64,000 nt of DNA from a virus. Taxonomy: Duplodnaviria; Caudoviricetes. Below, piece after piece: positions 36,089 through 46,635 of the stretch. How positions within the stretch are numbered: the first letter of the stretch is position 1; each line of letters opens with the position of its first letter. The DNA lies in the IMG/VR virus record IMGVR_UViG_3300031555_001519, positions 1-64,000 of that record, one strand, 5' to 3'. The notes under the pieces are model-generated. The model was not told where the DNA came from, made no database searches, and saw only the letters and a list, made by a program, of their open reading frames with translations. Position numbers and translations under genes: made by a program.

Positions 36089-38353
36089 ATGGCAGAAAAA
36101 GATATAATTAAAGTAACAGTAGCGGTAGAACGTATCCGCTTTTATAAAAACGAATGGGGCATTATTGAATGTAGTATTGACCCTAAAAGAATAAAAGAAG
36201 GTACACCAAAACTTGACAGAAATGGCATAGCTATCTTTAAAGGAGTTATGCCACAACTTCAAGAAAAAAATCTATACAACATAACTGCCGAATATACAGA
36301 AGATCCAAAGTACGGTGGACAGTATAATATATTGTCCATCTTTACTGCTTTGGATTTTGGAACTGGTGATCCTGAAGGTCAAAAGAAATTTCTTTCTTCT
36401 ATATATACACCTTTGCAAGTTACGAATATGTATGAGGCATTGGATAATCCATTTAAAGCTTTAAAGGATAAAGATGTAGCTTCTCTTATTAAAATTAAAG
36501 GTTGTGGCATGGATACAGCAGACAGATGGATTCGTAAATTTGAACAACATATTGGAGAAGCCAAGATTTACACAGAATTGGAAGATTATAATCTTACCAC
36601 TAATATGATTAAGAAATTAATGGATAGATACGCTTCTCCAGAGTTGGTTATTGAAAAGGTAAAGAATAATCCTTATGTGCTTTGTAATGAAGTAAAAGGT
36701 ATTGGTTGGAAGACTGCTGATAAGATAGCGTTAGAAGGTGGAATAGGAGAATTTTCTACAAAACGAATTGCGGCATATATTGTTCATTATCTTGATGAAG
36801 CAGGTGAAAACGGTTGTTCATGGATTACGCCTGACGAGTTAATGGGAGCTATTCTTGAAGGCATAGGAGAAGAAGTTCCCGATGCGAATGTTACAGAAGC
36901 GATTCATGAACTCGGTGAAGAGTTATGGTGGAATGATGATAAGAGTAAGATTGGACTTAGACGATATTTTAATATTGAACATAAAATAGCAGAGGAGCTA
37001 CTTCGAATCCGTGATGCTGAAAGTAAAATTTCTTATATAGATTGGGAAGATACGATTAAGCATTTAGAGCATAAGCAAGGTTGGGAGTACACCGATGAAC
37101 AAAAGAATGGTGTTAAGACAGTATTAGATAATAATATCACAGTTGTTCAAGGACTCGCAGGAACCGGTAAATCTACTTTAGTATCTGCTATGATTGAAGT
37201 TCTTCGCAGCTACAGTTATGTACAATGTGCCTTGAGTGGCCGAGCTAGTTCCAGAATGTCAGAGATTACAGGGCAAGAAGGTTTTACAATACATAGGTTG
37301 CTAGGTTATCCTCAAGGAGATAAACAAGGATTTAAGTTCCATGACGAGAATCCTTTGCCTTATGATATTTATATATTAGACGAGATTTCAATGGTAGATG
37401 CTTACTTATTTTATTACCTATTGAGAGCGATTCCGGATGGAGCGAAACTAGTTTGTCTTGGAGATCCAGGTCAGCTTGAAAGTATTGGTTGCGGTAATAT
37501 TGCTCATGACATGATAAATAGCGAAGAAATTCCTACAGTAACATTAACCAAGATTCATAGACAAGCTGCTAAATCAGCTATTATTACAGAGAGTATTAAA
37601 ATTAGAAACGGTCAGCAGATTATCAATAAAGATTGGGTTGGTACAGAAACTAGAGGAGAGCTTCAAGACTTGCATATAGATTGTTTCTCGGACAAGACCA
37701 ATACTTATTATAAAGTTATCCAGGCTTTTTCTTCTACTATGGCACAAGATGATTTTAATATTATGGAAACTCAGATTATAGTGCCTATTAAAAATAATGG
37801 AGCTGCTTGCACTTATGAGTTAAATAACTCGGTGCAAGAATTATATAATCCTGAAGATAGACACAAAAAAGAACATAATGGTTTTTCAAATGGTAAATCT
37901 TATATTCTAAGAGAAGGTGACAAAGTTATGAACGTGGTAAATAACTATAAAACCTCTCCACCTATTTACAATGGAAACATAGGTATCATTAGAAGTATAT
38001 ATTATGATGAGATTTTAGATGAAGAAATAATGCTTATTGATTTTAAAGGAATAGGTGAAGTAAAAGTGCCGAGAGAAGCATGGAATAATATTGAACTTGG
38101 ATATGCAATTACGGTACATAAATCCCAAGGCGATCAAGCTAATCATGTGATTTTTGGTATAGACTTTACATCATATTCATTACTTTCTCGTGAAATGATT
38201 TATACCGGTATTACTCGTGCAAAGAAGAAATGCGACCTTATAGCACAGACAGGAGCGTTACGCATGGCAATTAGCAAAGAAGGAGTAAGTAAGAAACAAA
38301 CGCATTTACAGCAATGTTTATATGATGTAGCGCATCCAAAATTAATTTTTTAA
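36089..38353 (+). CDS. recD2: RecD2/TraA-family SF1 helicase
   Basis: NPY..GIGWKTAD, GLAGTGKS, DEISM, GDPGQL, YAITVHKSQG. Confidence 0.92.
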   Translation: MAEKDIIKVTVAVERIRFYKNEWGIIECSIDPKRIKEGTPKLDRNGIAIFKGVMPQLQEKNLYNITAEYTEDPKYGGQYNILSIFTALDFGTGDPEGQKKFLSSIYTPLQVTNMYEALDNPFKALKDKDVASLIKIKGCGMDTADRWIRKFEQHIGEAKIYTELEDYNLTTNMIKKLMDRYASPELVIEKVKNNPYVLCNEVKGIGWKTADKIALEGGIGEFSTKRIAAYIVHYLDEAGENGCSWITPDELMGAILEGIGEEVPDANVTEAIHELGEELWWNDDKSKIGLRRYFNIEHKIAEELLRIRDAESKISYIDWEDTIKHLEHKQGWEYTDEQKNGVKTVLDNNITVVQGLAGTGKSTLVSAMIEVLRSYSYVQCALSGRASSRMSEITGQEGFTIHRLLGYPQGDKQGFKFHDENPLPYDIYILDEISMVDAYLFYYLLRAIPDGAKLVCLGDPGQLESIGCGNIAHDMINSEEIPTVTLTKIHRQAAKSAIITESIKIRNGQQIINKDWVGTETRGELQDLHIDCFSDKTNTYYKVIQAFSSTMAQDDFNIMETQIIVPIKNNGAACTYELNNSVQELYNPEDRHKKEHNGFSNGKSYILREGDKVMNVVNNYKTSPPIYNGNIGIIRSIYYDEILDEEIMLIDFKGIGEVKVPREAWNNIELGYAITVHKSQGDQANHVIFGIDFTSYSLLSREMIYTGITRAKKKCDLIAQTGALRMAISKEGVSKKQTHLQQCLYDVAHPKLIF

Positions 38354-38358
38354 ATCCT

Positions 38359-38434
38359 ACTGAATAAAATTAAACAAACCTATTGACATTTGTAAAAAAC
38401 AGTGTTATATTGACTATACTAAACAAAATTAAAC
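38359..38434 (+). promoter_or_regulatory. Promoter flanked by two 17-bp motifs
   Basis: Motifs 38359-38375 and 38418-38434; TTGACA-17-TATATT. Confidence 0.7.
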
Positions 38435-38452
38435 AAACGAGAGGTATAAGTA

Positions 38453-38626
38453 ATGTTATGTCCTAAATGTAATAAGCCAATGAAAAATACAATGCACTTC
38501 GAACAAGGAAGGCAATATCAATATAATAGATGCCCCAGTTGTTTGGAAAGAACAAAGAACAAGCGTATACATTTTGAAGATATCTTAAAAGACGAGATAT
38601 CTAATAATAGTTCTGGAACTAAATAA
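38453..38626 (+). CDS. Small zinc-ribbon protein (57 aa)
   Basis: GAGG RBS; MLCPKC..CPSC. Confidence 0.65.
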   Translation: MLCPKCNKPMKNTMHFEQGRQYQYNRCPSCLERTKNKRIHFEDILKDEISNNSSGTK

Positions 38627-38652
38627 AATTAAATAGAAAGGACAAGTGACTA

Positions 38653-39348
38653 ATGATGAAGAAAGTATTATGTATACTTGCAATCTTGCTATCTATGTTA
38701 TTAAGTGTAATATCAGTAAATGACAAAGAACAAGCAGAACCAATAGAACAAGAAGTCATCTATGTAAAAACAGAAAAGATAGAACCAGTAAAGCAAAATG
38801 AGAAACCAAAAGTAGAAGAAGTTAAAGAGATTACAAAGACAACTGAAGAGATTAAATTAGAAGAATTCAATTCTAAACTAGATAAAATTAAACATCTTAA
38901 AGAAGAAAATAAAGAGGAATGGTTTATAGCTTATAAAGATTTAACCTATGAATATGTAGAATGGATTGAACAATCAGAAACGGTTTTTGATGCATTTACA
39001 GAAGACGAAGTTAGGTTAATTTGTAGAGTGGTTGAGACCGAGACATATGACCAAGATTTTGATTCAAAAGTGAACGTTGCTAATGTGGTTTTCAATAGAC
39101 TAGACGATGGCAGATTTGGTGACACCATTACAGAGATTATTACAGCTCCAAAACAGTTTTGTTATGGGAGAAAAAATATAACAGAGAGTACTATTTGGGC
39201 AGTGATGTATGCATATGAAATGGAAGACACAACGCAAGGAGCTTTATACTTCCATTCTTTTGAAGAAGCCACACAGACTTTTAATAGGGCAAGTTATTTA
39301 TTTAGCGATAAGGCTATTCATCACTTTTACGGTTTTAAGGAGGAATAA
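38653..39348 (+). CDS. Exported SleB/Hydrolase_2-type cell wall hydrolase
   Basis: Signal peptide; VVETE, VANVVFNR, QF, GALYF. Confidence 0.8.
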   Translation: MMKKVLCILAILLSMLLSVISVNDKEQAEPIEQEVIYVKTEKIEPVKQNEKPKVEEVKEITKTTEEIKLEEFNSKLDKIKHLKEENKEEWFIAYKDLTYEYVEWIEQSETVFDAFTEDEVRLICRVVETETYDQDFDSKVNVANVVFNRLDDGRFGDTITEIITAPKQFCYGRKNITESTIWAVMYAYEMEDTTQGALYFHSFEEATQTFNRASYLFSDKAIHHFYGFKEE

Positions 39349-39351
39349 CAA

Positions 39352-39528
39352 ATGAGTTTTTTAACAGGGTTAGCGGCAGGATTTTTAATTGGTGTATTAA
39401 TATCACTCGTATTCTTGCGTTTCATTATGCGTAGCGGAGGTCGCAACAAGGAATATGATGCATATATGCAAGGATATTGTGAAGGACTTAAAAGAGCTGA
39501 TAAAGATAAAGAAAAGGAAGTGGCGTAA
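39352..39528 (+). CDS. Small membrane protein (58 aa)
   Basis: AAGGAGG RBS, N-terminal TM. Confidence 0.6.
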   Translation: MSFLTGLAAGFLIGVLISLVFLRFIMRSGGRNKEYDAYMQGYCEGLKRADKDKEKEVA

Positions 39529-39531
39529 CAT

Positions 39532-40122
39532 ATGAATTATACAGAAATGATTTCAGATGTAGAAGTATATGGACTAGAACAAAGTGTTAAAGCAAGTAAA
39601 TACCCAATGTGTGTTGATACATTTAAAGTAACTAATGAAATTGTAGACAGAACAATTAAGTTGGCTAGTGCTCCAAAGGGTAGTGGTCATGACAATTTCC
39701 TTAAAGGAATTATTGTTCAATTTGATTTAGCAATGACAGTAAAGATGAGTGTGGAAGAAGAAAGATATCACTTTATTGATTTTGTTTCAAGTCAGTCAAC
39801 AATGCACAAAATTACACAATTTGATTTAGATAAAGCATATATCAAGTATGTTGATAAACGTATGATTGAGATTATGAAAGAAAAAGTTTCTGAGTATAAC
39901 GAATTAACTGATAAAACATCTGAAGATGCTAAAGAAAAATATCTTGAAATTCTTTACTCTAATCCATGTGGATTTAGATTAACTTCAAGAATGACAACAA
40001 ATTATCAACAGTTAAAAACAATATACTCTCAAAGAAAAACTCATAGATTGCCAGAATGGAGAGCATTTTGTGATTGGATAGAAACTTTACCTTATGCGAA
40101 AGAATTCATTATAGGAGGTTAA
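39532..40122 (+). CDS. ThyX-like (flavin-dependent thymidylate synthase-related) protein
   Basis: GHDNFL, RYHF..SSQSTMH, NYQQL..QRKTHRLPEW. Confidence 0.55.
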   Translation: MNYTEMISDVEVYGLEQSVKASKYPMCVDTFKVTNEIVDRTIKLASAPKGSGHDNFLKGIIVQFDLAMTVKMSVEEERYHFIDFVSSQSTMHKITQFDLDKAYIKYVDKRMIEIMKEKVSEYNELTDKTSEDAKEKYLEILYSNPCGFRLTSRMTTNYQQLKTIYSQRKTHRLPEWRAFCDWIETLPYAKEFIIGG

Positions 40123-40125
40123 ATA

Positions 40126-40371
40126 ATGCTTTTATATTTCGAAGATAGTAAAGGACGCAGACGTTTAATATCAAACCCAACTACAGTAAGTGATATGTGG
40201 AAAGATATTAATAATTTTCTAGATGAACATAATTATAAATCAAAATATTCCAGAATTAATTTTGGTGAAACTGAATGGGTAATAGACGTAGGAAGTCATA
40301 GTGAGTTCTTTATAATAAAGGATTTTGATGAAGAAGATTTGAATGAAATTAAAGGAGGATATAATCAATGA
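40126..40371 (+). CDS. Hypothetical phage protein
   Basis: AGGAGG RBS; IDVGSHSEFF. Confidence 0.7.
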   Translation: MLLYFEDSKGRRRLISNPTTVSDMWKDINNFLDEHNYKSKYSRINFGETEWVIDVGSHSEFFIIKDFDEEDLNEIKGGYNQ

Positions 40372-40592
40372 GTTTTGATACAGTAAATAATCCAAAACAT
40401 TATACAGACAGTTCTATTGAATGTATTGATGCAATGGAAGCTGCTTATGGTGTAGAAGCAGTAAAACATTTTTGCATCTGTAATGCTTTTAAATATCAAT
40501 GGAGATTTGAGAAGAAGAATGGAGTAGAGGATCTTAAAAAGTCTCAGTGGTATCAGAATAAATACATAGAATTGTGCAATAGAGAAAAATAA
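40368..40592 (+). CDS. DUF3310-like phage protein
   Basis: VNNPKHY..IECID..KYQWR..KNGVEDLKK. Confidence 0.8.
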   Translation: MSFDTVNNPKHYTDSSIECIDAMEAAYGVEAVKHFCICNAFKYQWRFEKKNGVEDLKKSQWYQNKYIELCNREK

Positions 40593-40612
40593 GAATTTAA
40601 AGGAGATAGAAA

Positions 40613-40852
40613 ATGTTCAAAGTTAAATTAGATATTGATAATATTAAATATTTTCTTGTTGAGGTCACCAAGCTTGATAGTGATGTATCGCTTGTATCCG
40701 GTAGGTATAAGATAGATGCTAAAAGTATTATGGGTATTTTTAGTCTTGATTTATCAAAACCTGTAGATGTTGTATTCGAAGAAGATGCAATAGAAGGTGA
40801 ATATGAAGCTTTATACGACAAGTTAAAAGAACTAAAGATTGTAGCTGAATAG
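40613..40852 (+). CDS. HPr-family protein lacking the catalytic His
   Basis: IDAKSIMGIFSL (Ser46 motif); no His in the sequence. Confidence 0.75.
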   Translation: MFKVKLDIDNIKYFLVEVTKLDSDVSLVSGRYKIDAKSIMGIFSLDLSKPVDVVFEEDAIEGEYEALYDKLKELKIVAE

Positions 40853-40858
40853 ATTGGA

Positions 40859-43066
40859 GTGAGTGGTTTGAAAGTTATAAAGAAAGACAGAACATTAGAA
40901 CAATATAATGAACAAAAGATAATTAATGCATGTGGTTTAGCTGCACAGAGAGCATTATATGATTTGAATGACAATGATTATGCAAATATTTGTAAACACG
41001 TTTTCGAAAGAATCAATGAAGAAGATTATTATAATGAAGATCTTGATGACGAATTAGTGCCAGTTGAAGATATGCATTCTATTGTAGAGAATGTTCTAAT
41101 GGAACTTTTTCCACAAGTTGGTGAAAGATATATTCAATATAGAAACTATAAACAAGATTTTGTGAAAATGCTTGATACTGTTTATACCAAGGAGCAAGAA
41201 CAAAGATATATTGGCGATGTAAGTAATGCAAATACTGATAGCACAATGGTTAGTACCCAGAGAAGTTTATCATATGGATTACTTAGTAAAGAATTATATA
41301 AGCATTTCTTTTTAACGAAAGATGAGCTTCAAGCAAGTAATGATGGATATATTTATATTCATGATATGAAAGATAGACGTGATGCTATCAACTGTTGCTT
41401 GTTTAATATGTCAAATGTAATCAAAGATGGATTTGAAATGGGCAATATTTGGTACAACGAACCTAACACTCTTGATACTGCATTTGATGTTATTGGAGAT
41501 GTAACTTTTGGAGCATCTGCACAGCAGTATGGTGGCTTTACTATCCCTCAAGTAGATAAGATTCTTGCTCCTTATGCAGAGAAGAGTTATCAGAAGTACA
41601 AAGAAGAATATTTGAATATAGCATCTGAATTAACTAATGATAAATTTACAAAAGATGATTATGTTCACATAGATTGGGAATATATTTCTGATAATTTGGC
41701 AAATGCTTATGCGACAGAAAAAGTTCGCAGAGAGTTTGAACAAGGATTTCAGGGATGGGAGTATAAGTTTAATACCGTAGCTTCTAGTCGTGGCGATTAT
41801 CCATTCATTGCAATTTCGTTTGGCGTAGGAACCTCCAAGTGGGAGTCTATGGCTTCTGAAATGGCGTTAAGGGTTCGTATGAAAGGTCAGGGTAAAAAAG
41901 GATTTAAGCGTCCAGTATTATTCCCTAAATTAACATTCTTATATGATGAAAATCTTCATGGAGAAGGAAAAGATTTAGAGTGGTTATTTGATGTTGCTAT
42001 CGAGTGTAGCAGCAAATCCATGTATCCTGATTTCCTTTCTCTTACAGGTAAAGGTTATATTCCTAGCATGTATAAGAAATATGGTAAAGTGATTAGTTTA
42101 ATGGGCTGTAGAGCAAGTTTATCTCCTTGGTATGAGAGAGGTGGTATGCATCCAGCAGATGAAAATGATGTTCCAATCTTTGAAGGACGTTTTAACTTAG
42201 GAGCTATTTCACTTCATTTACCAATGATTCTTGCAAAAGCAAGACAAGAAAACAAGGACTTCTATGAAGTATTAATGTATTATTTAGAACTAATTAGGAA
42301 TCTTCATAAACGTACATATGCATTTTTAGGTGAAAAGAAAGCAAGTACTAATCCATTGGGATTTACACAAGGTGGTTTCCTTGGTGGAACATTAAAGCCT
42401 GATGAAAAGATTAAATCTATATTACCACCAATGACAATGAGCTTTGGAATCACAGCGTTAAATGAATTACAAAGATTATATAATGGAAAATCAATCACGG
42501 AAGATGGAAGTTTCGCATTAGAAGTTATGAACTTCATTAACAATTATGTGAATCGAATTAAAGTAGAAGATAATATTTTATATGCTATTTATGGTACACC
42601 GGCAGAAAGTTTATGTGGTCTTCAGGTAGAGCAATTCCGTAAGAAATACGGAATTATTGAAAATGTTTCTGATAAAGCATATGTATCAAATTCATTCCAT
42701 TGTCATGTTTCAGAAGATATTACACCTATCGAGAAACAAGATTTAGAAGATAGATTTTGGGATTTGTTTAACGGTGGGAAAATTCAGTATTGCAGATATC
42801 CAATTGATTATAACAAAACTGCTATTAAAACATTAATTCGTAGAGCTATGGATAAAGGTTTCTATGAAGGAGTAAATCTTTCATTGGCTTATTGTGAGGA
42901 TTGTGGATATCAGCAGTTAGAAATGGATACATGTCCTAAATGTGGAAGTTCTATGATTACGAAGATTGATAGAATGAATGGGTACCTTGGATATTCTAGA
43001 GTTCATGGTAAGAGTAGATATAATGCTTCCAAGATGAACGAGATTGCAGATAGAAAAAGCATGTAA
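40859..43066 (+). CDS. nrdD: Anaerobic (class III) ribonucleoside-triphosphate reductase
   Basis: ATP cone, IYIHD..NCC, MGCR, YGTPAESL, CxxC..CxxC, RMNGYLG. Confidence 0.96.
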   Translation: MSGLKVIKKDRTLEQYNEQKIINACGLAAQRALYDLNDNDYANICKHVFERINEEDYYNEDLDDELVPVEDMHSIVENVLMELFPQVGERYIQYRNYKQDFVKMLDTVYTKEQEQRYIGDVSNANTDSTMVSTQRSLSYGLLSKELYKHFFLTKDELQASNDGYIYIHDMKDRRDAINCCLFNMSNVIKDGFEMGNIWYNEPNTLDTAFDVIGDVTFGASAQQYGGFTIPQVDKILAPYAEKSYQKYKEEYLNIASELTNDKFTKDDYVHIDWEYISDNLANAYATEKVRREFEQGFQGWEYKFNTVASSRGDYPFIAISFGVGTSKWESMASEMALRVRMKGQGKKGFKRPVLFPKLTFLYDENLHGEGKDLEWLFDVAIECSSKSMYPDFLSLTGKGYIPSMYKKYGKVISLMGCRASLSPWYERGGMHPADENDVPIFEGRFNLGAISLHLPMILAKARQENKDFYEVLMYYLELIRNLHKRTYAFLGEKKASTNPLGFTQGGFLGGTLKPDEKIKSILPPMTMSFGITALNELQRLYNGKSITEDGSFALEVMNFINNYVNRIKVEDNILYAIYGTPAESLCGLQVEQFRKKYGIIENVSDKAYVSNSFHCHVSEDITPIEKQDLEDRFWDLFNGGKIQYCRYPIDYNKTAIKTLIRRAMDKGFYEGVNLSLAYCEDCGYQQLEMDTCPKCGSSMITKIDRMNGYLGYSRVHGKSRYNASKMNEIADRKSM

Positions 43067-43081
43067 CAAAGGAGTAGATAT

Positions 43082-43645
43082 ATGAATTATCACAATATTT
43101 TGCATGATGATATGAGAAATGGGGACGGGTTACGTGTAACCCTCTTCGTTTCCGGCTGTGCTCACTATTGCAATAATTGTCAAAATCCACAGACATGGGA
43201 TTGTAATAGTGGTATTGAATTTGATTTAGCAGCGAAAGAAGAAATATACGAACAATTAAATAATGAGTACATTAGTGGGATAACTTTTACTGGTGGAGAT
43301 CCATTGTATGATGGAAATTTAAATGATGTCCTAGATTTAATTCGTGAAATAAAAAACAAATTTCCAAACAAAACTATATGGCTATATACAGGCTATTCAG
43401 TAGATATGTATGAATTATATGAATCCGACCATACAGAAATTGTTGTAAACCCTAGAAGTAATAATATAGAGAATGATTTGAAGAGAGCAAACATTGTTAG
43501 TAAATGCGATGTTGTTATAGACGGACGTTATGAAGAAGATAAAAGAGACGTTTCATTACACTGGAGAGGGTCATCAAATCAGCGTATTATAGATATTCAA
43601 AAATCACTTTTTAAAGGAGAGATAGTTCCATGGGATATGTTTTAA
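43082..43645 (+). CDS. nrdG: Anaerobic RNR activase (radical SAM)
   Basis: NGDGLRVTLFVSGCAHYCNNCQN, GGDP, WRGSSNQ. Confidence 0.95.
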   Translation: MNYHNILHDDMRNGDGLRVTLFVSGCAHYCNNCQNPQTWDCNSGIEFDLAAKEEIYEQLNNEYISGITFTGGDPLYDGNLNDVLDLIREIKNKFPNKTIWLYTGYSVDMYELYESDHTEIVVNPRSNNIENDLKRANIVSKCDVVIDGRYEEDKRDVSLHWRGSSNQRIIDIQKSLFKGEIVPWDMF

Positions 43646-43953
43646 AAACAACCAAGGATGATTTATATAGCAAAGGATTTCGCTATAACAAGGTAATGAG
43701 TGATGATGTTACTGATTGTTACTCGCTTCGGTTTCCAGTACATAGATATAAAAAGACTATAGTGTTAGAGTGTGAAATAATTGTAGAACTGCAAACAGGT
43801 CGTGTTATTACAAATGTGTTTAATTATGGGACAAATGATATTTATGCTCCTTATTATAACACAGAATATGGTAACCATTTTCCATTATTAAATTCAATAA
43901 ACGCAGCTATTAAAGCACAGTTCAAGAAGCTTGGAGTGAAGGAAAAGAAATGA
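43630..43953 (+). CDS. Hypothetical protein
   Basis: AAGGAG RBS. Confidence 0.7.
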   Translation: MGYVLKTTKDDLYSKGFRYNKVMSDDVTDCYSLRFPVHRYKKTIVLECEIIVELQTGRVITNVFNYGTNDIYAPYYNTEYGNHFPLLNSINAAIKAQFKKLGVKEKK

Positions 43954-44114
43954 GTGATGTAATATTAACTAGTCAATGTGAGAACTGCATGTACGGAAGT
44001 GCAGATGATTCAGACAAGGCAAGAGTAAAGGTGTATTGCAGCTATAAGGATAAGACCTATTATTTTGGACAATGTGTACCTTGTGATAACTACACAAAAA
44101 GACGAGAAGAATAA
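43950..44114 (+). CDS. Small Cys-rich protein (54 aa)
   Basis: ATGA overlap; CENC..C..CVPC. Confidence 0.6.
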   Translation: MSDVILTSQCENCMYGSADDSDKARVKVYCSYKDKTYYFGQCVPCDNYTKRREE

Positions 44115-46362
44115 ATCGAGATTTGATTAGAAGGTAAAGGACAAGGTTATGTATGATTTTGTTTATGAACTTAATGACTTACAAATAAGAAAATGTACAA
44201 GAAGTTGCAGTTGTAAAATTTGTGATAAAGAAGTAATGGGTAAAGATATTGTATATTTAAAGTCTTTTAGATTACAGGCTCAACCTTTTCATATCTGTTT
44301 GGATTGCTGGGAAAAGATAAATGAATTGGTTATAAATTATAAGAAGGAGAAGAATCAATGACAAAAACAGATAGAAAACAAGAAATGATTCAGAGAATTA
44401 AAGAATGCGGACAATATATTATTGATAATGCAGAAGCAATTATAGGAGATGAGAAATATATTAGAGAGTTATATTTAACCTGTGACTTCTTTGATATAAG
44501 TGAACCACCATATGTAACTATTACAAAGGATGTAATTCCGGATAATTTTATTAAGCGCATAGGTTGATAAAACTGAGTTTGATTTACCGAAAACTAAACA
44601 AAATTAAATAGGAGATTAAAAATGGAAAGATATTATTGGGAATCAGAAGATGGACATTTAACACCGGTACATGAATTAACAGATTTACATATATGCCACA
44701 TTGTTATGAAGTTCGGAAAGGATAGATTAGCTAATATGGGACATGCAGTAATAGTTGATAAATTCAATGAACTTAATAAGAAATTTAAGTTTTTTGATGT
44801 TGTCAGGGGGAATTAATATGCATTTAAGTAAGACAGAAATAGAGTGGTTGCAGTTGGCAATCGAAGATAATAACAAATATCATATTGCAGTAGACAACGA
44901 TTGCATTTCTATTGATGAATGTATTGATGAAGAAAACGATGAATGGGATAGCGTATTTGTTTTTGACAATTACGGTCAAGATCTGATTGTGCAGTTATTC
45001 AATTACATCGGCTGCAATGCGGATAGAGTATAGGTGGCAGACATGAGATATCTTATTGAATGGCACGAAGCTATATGGGATGAGTGGAATGATAGCTGGA
45101 AACTTTATCCCATAGGCGAAGTGCATAGAGAAGTATTTGAAGATGAATGTGAATTTAATGCTCGTATCACAGAATTAGAGAATTATGAAAACGGACTGAT
45201 TACAGATGTAATTATTGACGGTCTTTATACTTGTGAACTTCATAAAATTACGAGCAGATAGAAATGCAGTTTGATAGTCGGAGGATATATGAATTTTAAA
45301 GCATTAAATTACATACACGAGTTATTAATTAAAAATGTTAATGATACCAGAAAAGATTGGCAGCAAGCACATAACAAGAAAAAAGAAACCGAAATGGATG
45401 ATGAACATTATCAACTTCTTGAAGAGGTATGCTTTGAAAAACATTGCAGCTTAAAAGATGCGGAAGAGGTGCTTAGAGCTTTTGAAGAACATGAGTGGTA
45501 AATGAAACTGAGTTTGATTTCCGGAGGTGAGAAGATGACTAAATGTGATTTTTGTACAAAATATCATAATGGTAAATGTTTTTGGACGTCTGCTTCAGCA
45601 GCAACATCAGATTGCGAAAAAGCAATAAAACTTATGATTAAAACGTTGCAAAATATAGGTATAGACAAGAAGAGTACTAAATAGAATATCGGTTTGGTTG
45701 TGAGGTGATTATAAAATGAAATGTCCTAATTGTGGTAAGGAAATGATTGATAAGAGTTATTCAAAAAGAGAACGTTTTTATCATTGGGAAGATGAAGAAT
45801 TCTATTATAGAGATAACTACTATGAAAAGTTTGTTTGCAATGATTGCAAAATCTCTTTTGAAAATGATACATGGAATATTCCAAATAAATTATTACCAAC
45901 GGAAAAACAAAAGAAGACAATCTTATTTATAAATAATCATCTCAGTATGGATTTAAAAGCTTTAACAAAACATCAGTGTTGGTTGGATATAGGAAAGTAT
46001 TTTGATAAAGCAAAGAAAACACCATAGCATTCCAGTGAGTATTATGAAGACTTGCAAGAATACTTTGGAATGTGTGAAGGAGATTTTTGTTAATAGAATA
46101 TCAATCTGGTTAAAAGAAAGGAAAACAAAATGGCAAATATAATTCCAATGTATCCAAAGTTTACAGAAAATGAATATACATTTATTTTCAGAACAGATAG
46201 ACCATTAACTCATGATGAAAAAATGATAATTTCTTCAAAAGGGCTATCTGCATTAAATGAAATTTTAAAAACAGAATTGGGTAATATTGCAGAACATAAT
46301 AGTAGTTTTAGTTTTAAGTAACAATCAGTTTTCATTTGATAATATTGGAAAGGTAGACATGT

Positions 46363-46635
46363 ATGACGGAGAGCGAAGCAATCAAAATTTTAGCTGGCGA
46401 TATATTAGTTTTAAATCTACATAATTCGCCTGTTATATATAAAAGTAACCAAGCACATGAGATGGCTATCAAAGCACTTGAAAAACAGATGTCGAAGGAG
46501 CCAACAGATGTTAGATACTTTGGAGAAGCCGGATATTATATTGGGTTGTGTCCGACTTGCAAGAGTGGTAATAATTCAGAATATCAATATTGTGGTGACT
46601 GCGGACAAAAGCTTGATTGGGAGAGCAAGACATGA
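46363..46635 (+). CDS. Zinc-ribbon protein related to 13525..14052
   Basis: MTESEA start and CPTC..YCGDCGQKLDW end. Confidence 0.7.
   Translation: MTESEAIKILAGDILVLNLHNSPVIYKSNQAHEMAIKALEKQMSKEPTDVRYFGEAGYYIGLCPTCKSGNNSEYQYCGDCGQKLDWESKT

Noticed and set aside
32090-43066. Inteins or introns in dnaE, recD2 or nrdD
   Set aside because: Lengths are ordinary, frames are continuous and no intein splice motifs were recognised.
45716-46093. Genome-wide TAG recoding
   Set aside because: Many genes end in TAG directly before the next RBS, long genes are uninterrupted, and no CUA suppressor tRNA was found.
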